From an uncultured Candidatus Saccharibacteria bacterium (GTDB lineage: Bacteria; Patescibacteriota; CAZHWT01): DNA of 64,000 nucleotides. A model generated the notes under the pieces. The model was given only the letters and a program-made list of their open reading frames with translations. It made no database searches and had not been told where the DNA came from. The stretch covers positions 195 to 64,194 of the forward strand of contig CAZQWH010000004.1 of assembly GCA_964597145.1 (NCBI GenBank), read 5' to 3'. The position numbers and the translations under genes are program-made. The first letter of the stretch is position 1. Every line of letters starts with the position of its first letter. This document shows, one piece after another, positions 60,566 through 64,000 of the stretch.

Positions 60566-60584
60566 CCTCCCAGCAAATCTAACG

Positions 60585-60636
60585 AGTCATCCTGGAGTGA
60601 ATTCAAATTTATTTGAAGTAACGATAGGATCTCTTG
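60585..60636. repeat. hairpin repeat of the CGTCATCC family in PadR promoter region
   Basis: GTCATCCTGGAG...ttcaaatttatttgaa...CGATAGGATC; same GTCATYCTGGAG...GATAGRATC as internal half of 58201 element. Confidence 0.45.
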
Positions 60637-60850
60637 CAATAATTGCGAAGATGCTAGCGTTTTCAGCTCCAGCATTACGATGTAGTATCTTATGGTACAT
60701 AGTTTAATTAGGTACCACTACATAATAATGTAGAGTAGTAAAATTGTCAACAGTGTATAAAAAAAATCGAAAATGGAGTTTTGAGACGAGTTCTATATCG
60801 TTTAGCCTCTACAAAATAAGGTACCCCACCTGTCAGGTAGGGTACGAACA

Positions 60851-60943
60851 TCAAAAAAGCGTAAGGCTTAAGATGTATATGGTAGCGGCCAGTACCACAA
60901 CAACCACCGCCAGAATCAGGTAGAGTTTTTCAAACCCGTCCAT
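60851..60943 (-). CDS. small TM peptide (30 aa) candidate
   Basis: MDGFEKLYLILAVVVVVLAATIYILSLTLF; C-terminal part of track ORF 60851-61192. Confidence 0.3.
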   Translation of the reverse strand: MDGFEKLYLILAVVVVVLAATIYILSLTLF

Positions 60944-61008
60944 TAGGCCTCTCCTTGGTGGGTAGATTGCGAGCTGAGTCTGTGCCGGCTCAGCTCGCTG
61001 GTATGGTT

Positions 61009-61152
61009 TTAGGCTGCTTGCGCAAGCCAAATCAACAAGGCGATGATGCCCACCAGCACGACTATCGTGCCAATGATGTTCACCAGCATAATCCCACGGG
61101 CAGTCTTTCGTGCCCGTCGCCGAAACGTTGATTCTTGGTCTGTATTGCCCAT
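61009..61152 (-). CDS. small TM protein (47 aa) candidate
   Basis: MGNTDQESTFRRRARKTARGIMLVNIIGTIVVLVGIIALLIWLAQAA; followed on minus strand by 10-bp-stem hairpin GCGAGCTGAG/CTCAGCTCGC. Confidence 0.35.
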   Translation of the reverse strand: MGNTDQESTFRRRARKTARGIMLVNIIGTIVVLVGIIALLIWLAQAA

Positions 61153-61300
61153 ATGTCTCCCTTTCGAGCAAAAACGTACGGTTGCACTGCAAATTTGCAG
61201 CCGGTGGGTTATATCATAACAGATAGAATGAGTCAACAATATGTACATTGGGCATGTTTTGATCGTTGACTAATGGTGACTAAGAGTTCTAAATAAAGAT

Positions 61301-61603
61301 ATGGATAATCATCATCTAAACGGCGAGAATTGCGATAATATCCCTACACCAACTCCTAAACCCAAGCTTAACCAAAAGAAAATTGAAATTATTAATGGGT
61401 ATACCATTAAGTATCATGCTAACGGTAGAACCAGGTGGTCTAAAGGTAAAATGTTGGGAGATAAAACAGATGGTTATTGGGAATGGTATCGGCCAGATGG
61501 AACTTTAAAACGATCGGGATACTTTAATCTAGGTACACCAACGGGCGAGTGGACCACGTACGACCAGGATGGCAAACCGTATAAAGTTACCAACCGTGGA
61601 TAA
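61301..61603 (+). CDS. MORN-repeat variant protein (YwqK-like antitoxin family fold)
   Basis: Repeats GYTIKYHANGRT.WSKGKM..DK.DGYWEWYRPDGTLKRSGYFNLGTPTGEWTTYDQDG. Confidence 0.55.
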   Translation: MDNHHLNGENCDNIPTPTPKPKLNQKKIEIINGYTIKYHANGRTRWSKGKMLGDKTDGYWEWYRPDGTLKRSGYFNLGTPTGEWTTYDQDGKPYKVTNRG

Positions 61604-61678
61604 GAACGTCAATCAAACAGTACAAAAATCACCCCGACCTTAGTATAAAGATCGGGGTGGTTCTTGTGTCCAGGCAGA

Positions 61679-61700
61679 GGCTACCGGTACTGAATGAATG
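61679..61700. repeat. att-like copy of tRNA-Glu 3'-end junction (CTACCGGTACTGAATGAAT)
   Basis: Matches 62628-62649 (CTACCGGATACTGAATAAAT) and the tRNA-Glu 3' end CTACCGGA; preceded by hairpin like the tRNA terminator. Confidence 0.45.
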
Positions 61701-62118
61701 CAGCAATGAACAAGGCTTGTCCAGTTGCAGTCACCGCAATACACGCCAACCTTCCTGAAAGTTTGTAAGCGGGCAGAGACCTAGCGCGTCGCGGGTAGGG
61801 CGAGCGCAGGTTAAATTGAAAGCGAGAAGCACGATAAAGAAGATGCGCCTGCGCGACAGCAGAGCATCCATTAGCCAAGACGTACAGGGCAAAAATCGCA
61901 TTGACCCAGCAGGGAGCCGATCCATTAACTGCTATGGCTCCGAGCAATGCCAGGGCAGAGTGAGTCAATACATACAAGAGCAGCATGACCAGCAAAAAGC
62001 AATAATGCTTCCACCGCTCTATGGGGTCAAGGCTATAATAAAACCTAAACGACCACCGTGTAATCTGATACTTGCCAGAGAAGGGCATTTTGCCAACCCA
62101 TTTGGTGAAGCCTTTCAT
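61681..62118 (-). CDS. hypothetical membrane protein (145 aa)
   Basis: 2-3 TM helices; stop codon lies in att-like repeat. Confidence 0.35.
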   Translation of the reverse strand: MKGFTKWVGKMPFSGKYQITRWSFRFYYSLDPIERWKHYCFLLVMLLLYVLTHSALALLGAIAVNGSAPCWVNAIFALYVLANGCSAVAQAHLLYRASRFQFNLRSPYPRRARSLPAYKLSGRLACIAVTATGQALFIAAFIQYR

Positions 62119-62360
62119 CTTCGACCTCCATGGCTAAAACCGTATAAAAAACTAAAAGTGCTTCTCCCTACATCCAGTTGCATCATAATCTATCTCTGTA
62201 ATTTTGTCAACCTATAACATTATCATGTGCAGTTATATAAAATGTTTAATTTATAGACGGGGCGTTATAGTGTGGAGAAACATCAGCATCGACACCCATA
62301 ATTAGGTTCCACTAGTAGGATTTGATTGTGTAATAGACTTGACTTAGTTACCAAAAAACC

Positions 62361-62575
62361 AGCCTAAGCACGGGTGAGAATCCGTGAAGACAGCAACAAA
62401 AAATCCCCATACTACAATTTCTTCTCTGTCATCCTGAACTTGATTCAGGATCTAACCGCCTACCGGTAACTTCGCTTACGCTTCGTAAAATTAGTTCAGA
62501 CTATTAAAATCGATGCTTTAATAGTCTCCTCCTAATTACCGAACCTAGCCTAAACGCTGGTGAGAATCCGTGGAG
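62361..62575. repeat. ~186-bp tandem duplication (units begin AGCCTAAgCacGGGTGAGAATCCGTGaAG at 62361 and 62547)
   Basis: 29-bp box repeated with 4 mismatches; each unit = box + hairpin + CGCCTACCGG core. Confidence 0.6.
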
Positions 62576-62616
62576 GTGTAAACGAAAATAACCCAAGTCA
62601 AAAAGACTTGGGTTAT

Positions 62617-62635
62617 TTTGGTGACGCCTACCGGA
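62617..62635. repeat. duplicate of tRNA-Glu 3' end (ttttGGTGACGCCTACCGGA) with upstream hairpin
   Basis: 20-nt identity to 62771-62790 (tRNA-Glu 3' end + flank); hairpin AAAATAACCC..GGGTTATTTT resembles the tRNA-Glu downstream terminator. Confidence 0.6.
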
Positions 62636-62773
62636 TACTGAATAAATAGAACGCTTGCTCTATTGCTCGTTGGCATAGAGTTGCTTTTCCATTTACCGAA
62701 CAGCGCGTTGCGCGATCAAATCTGTTGCGACATTAACAAAATAACCCGTCACCACAAGGGTAACGGGTTATTT

Positions 62774-62849
62774 TGGTGACGCCTACCGGATTCGAACCGG
62801 TGATTTCTTGGATGAAAACCAAGCGTCTTAACCACTTGACCAAGGCGCC
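62774..62849 (-). tRNA. tRNA-Glu (anticodon TTC)
   Basis: Acceptor GGCGCCT/AGGCGTC (one G-U), anticodon stem CTTGG/CCAAG loop TTTTCAT, T-arm ACCGG-TTCGAAT-CCGGT, encoded CCA; followed by hairpin terminator. Confidence 0.8.
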
Positions 62850-63063
62850 ATGGGCAGCACGGTAGTGCTGCGAATAACTAAATACTGGCCACATCGTGGC
62901 CGTGCCGCATTGTATCAGTGAAGACTAAACGCTGTCAATCGTGCATAAAAAACAATACCAAAGTGCATTCTTGGGCGGTTAATAGGTGTACAATGGTTGC
63001 ATAAGTTGTATAAGGCTATTTCATGATTGTCCATATTAGGACAAGCTAGCTTAGGAGGTAGGT

Positions 63064-63477
63064 ATGACCGCAGATGAACAGAAAGCTATGTTTGAAAGGG
63101 TAATTGAGGAGGGGTTTAACCAAGGTAATGTATCCGTCTTAGATGAGTGCTATCCAGCCGAGTATTTGGAGCATCAGTTTGATTTACCTTCGAATCTGGC
63201 TGATTTTAAAGGCAGTGTGGCGTATTTACACCATACATTTGCCCCATTTAGCTTAACTATTAAAGATCTGGTAGTGGACAACGATAAAGTCTGGGCTCGC
63301 TTAATTGCCCAAGGCACAGATAGTCAAGGGTTAAATGGACAGCCGGCCACAGGGAAATCTTTTACGATTACGGTTATCGATATCTGCCGCTTTGCCGATG
63401 GCAAAATTGTTGAGCATTGGGGTGTACCAGATCGTTTTCATCAACTGGTTCAGCTAGGAGTAATTCCGCAGCCATAA
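63064..63477 (+). CDS. SnoaL-like / NTF2-fold putative ester cyclase
   Basis: MF.RVIEEGFNQGN...LDE and GKIVEHWGV.D...L.QLG motifs typical of predicted ester cyclases. Confidence 0.6.
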   Translation: MTADEQKAMFERVIEEGFNQGNVSVLDECYPAEYLEHQFDLPSNLADFKGSVAYLHHTFAPFSLTIKDLVVDNDKVWARLIAQGTDSQGLNGQPATGKSFTITVIDICRFADGKIVEHWGVPDRFHQLVQLGVIPQP

Positions 63478-63499
63478 CGGTATCTGTTGTTTAGAATAG

Positions 63500-63527
63500 A
63501 GAAAGTTATATTTAAATATAACTTTCT
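63500..63527. promoter_or_regulatory. 28-bp perfect palindrome AGAAAGTTATATTTAAATATAACTTTCT (copy 3 of core TTATATTTAAATATAA)
   Basis: Read directly; 14 nt upstream of AbrB-like ORF. Confidence 0.6.
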
Positions 63528-63541
63528 AGAAAGGGTTAATA

Positions 63542-63718
63542 ATGAGTACTCGAAGTCAAGATGAGCGCCAAGTCAGAAAACTACTCAGAATGGGCGACAG
63601 TTTGGGATTAACTATTCCGGTAGAGCTACTTGATCACCTACGCTGGCGGGAAGGTCAAAAAGTAACGGTAAAGAGTTGGGGTAAGGGCAAACTCTTAATC
63701 GAAGACTGGCAGGAATAA
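63542..63718 (+). CDS. AbrB/MazE/SpoVT-type DNA-binding domain protein (58 aa)
   Basis: MSTRSQDERQVRKLLRMGDSLGLTIPVELLDHLRWREGQKVTV: swapped-hairpin motif (..G.SL.LTIP.E....L.EG..V.V); AAAGGG SD; below track length cutoff. Confidence 0.5.
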   Translation: MSTRSQDERQVRKLLRMGDSLGLTIPVELLDHLRWREGQKVTVKSWGKGKLLIEDWQE

Positions 63719-63748
63719 TGACTTAAGCTATTCCATGAATTTAGGAAC

Positions 63749-63982
63749 TTGGCCATAATAAGTTATACTGGATCTATGGTAAAGAACCACCAAAATAAAC
63801 AACCCCAAGGCTCATCACGCGCAACTGGAGCAGGAGCAGCCATTGGCATAATCGTCGGGGTTATATTGGGCATTGTGGTGTTTAAGAATGTAGGGATTGG
63901 CATAGCCGTCGGCTTAACCCTAGGCGTAGCCATTGGATCTTCATACCATACCCCGCCCAAAAAGAAGCCATCAAAAAAGTAA
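63749..63982 (+). CDS. small glycine-zipper membrane protein, hypothetical
   Basis: GAGAAIGIIVGVILGIVVF...GIGIAVGLTLGVAIGS then lysine-rich tail. Confidence 0.35.
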   Translation: MAIISYTGSMVKNHQNKQPQGSSRATGAGAAIGIIVGVILGIVVFKNVGIGIAVGLTLGVAIGSSYHTPPKKKPSKK

Positions 63983-64000
63983 CCGTGAAGACTAAAAATA

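Noticed and set aside
62361-62575. Possible CRISPR-like direct repeats (29-bp box repeated at 62361 and 62547)
   Set aside because: Only two copies, 186 bp apart and imperfect. The units contain tRNA 3'-end fragments and hairpins rather than spacer-like unique sequence. No cas genes are present anywhere in the window, so this is better explained as a tandem duplication of an att region.

Overview
Gene-dense bacterial chromosomal segment, mostly housekeeping, with short overlapping genes and basic tails on a ribosomal protein.

Main gene blocks, in order:
- **Cell division/wall (dcw) cluster:** murG, ftsQ-like, ftsA, then a ~2 kb insert (small convergent ORF plus a membrane beta-propeller-like protein), ftsZ, then a dsbB-like/membrane-anchored dsbA-like pair.
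- **dNTP block:** dcd, NUDIX, dut, tmk, and a CMK-like kinase.
- **Translation and envelope:** ileS, a SEDS (FtsW/RodA) protein, rplU-rpmA, parB-like, signal peptidase I.
- **Surface glycan block:** flippase, GT4 glycosyltransferase, two O-antigen-ligase-like paralogs, and an Ig-like protein.
- **tRNA-rich stretch:** tRNA-Thr, tRNA-Gly and tRNA-Asp, interleaved with NUDIX, CsaA and LysM genes.
- **Further housekeeping:** lemA-htpX; gatC-gatA-[inserted ORF]-gatB; an SDR; dnaE; rplS with acidic and basic extensions; yraN-like; tRNA-Lys plus GIY-YIG; peptidase S51; Ldh_2; an orphan histidine kinase; murT-gatD.
- **ATP synthase:** a complete F1Fo operon in the order a-c-b-delta-alpha-gamma-beta-[110-bp palindromic element]-epsilon.
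- **Accessory islet:** a ~4 kb islet (PadR, small peptides, YwqK/MORN-like) ending at tRNA-Glu, with tandem copies of the tRNA 3' end.

No CRISPR array and no transposase or integrase ORF were recognised.

Recurrent non-coding signals stand out:
- A family of short hairpin/MITE-like elements with CGTCATYC termini.
- A 16-bp perfect AT palindrome, TTATATTTAAATATAA, found three times.
- A ~1 kb microsatellite-rich non-coding region.
- Several near-consensus promoters, some so close to the start codon that the mRNA would be leaderless.

Lineage (possibly a small-genome Gram-positive-like or CPR-type organism) is inference only.
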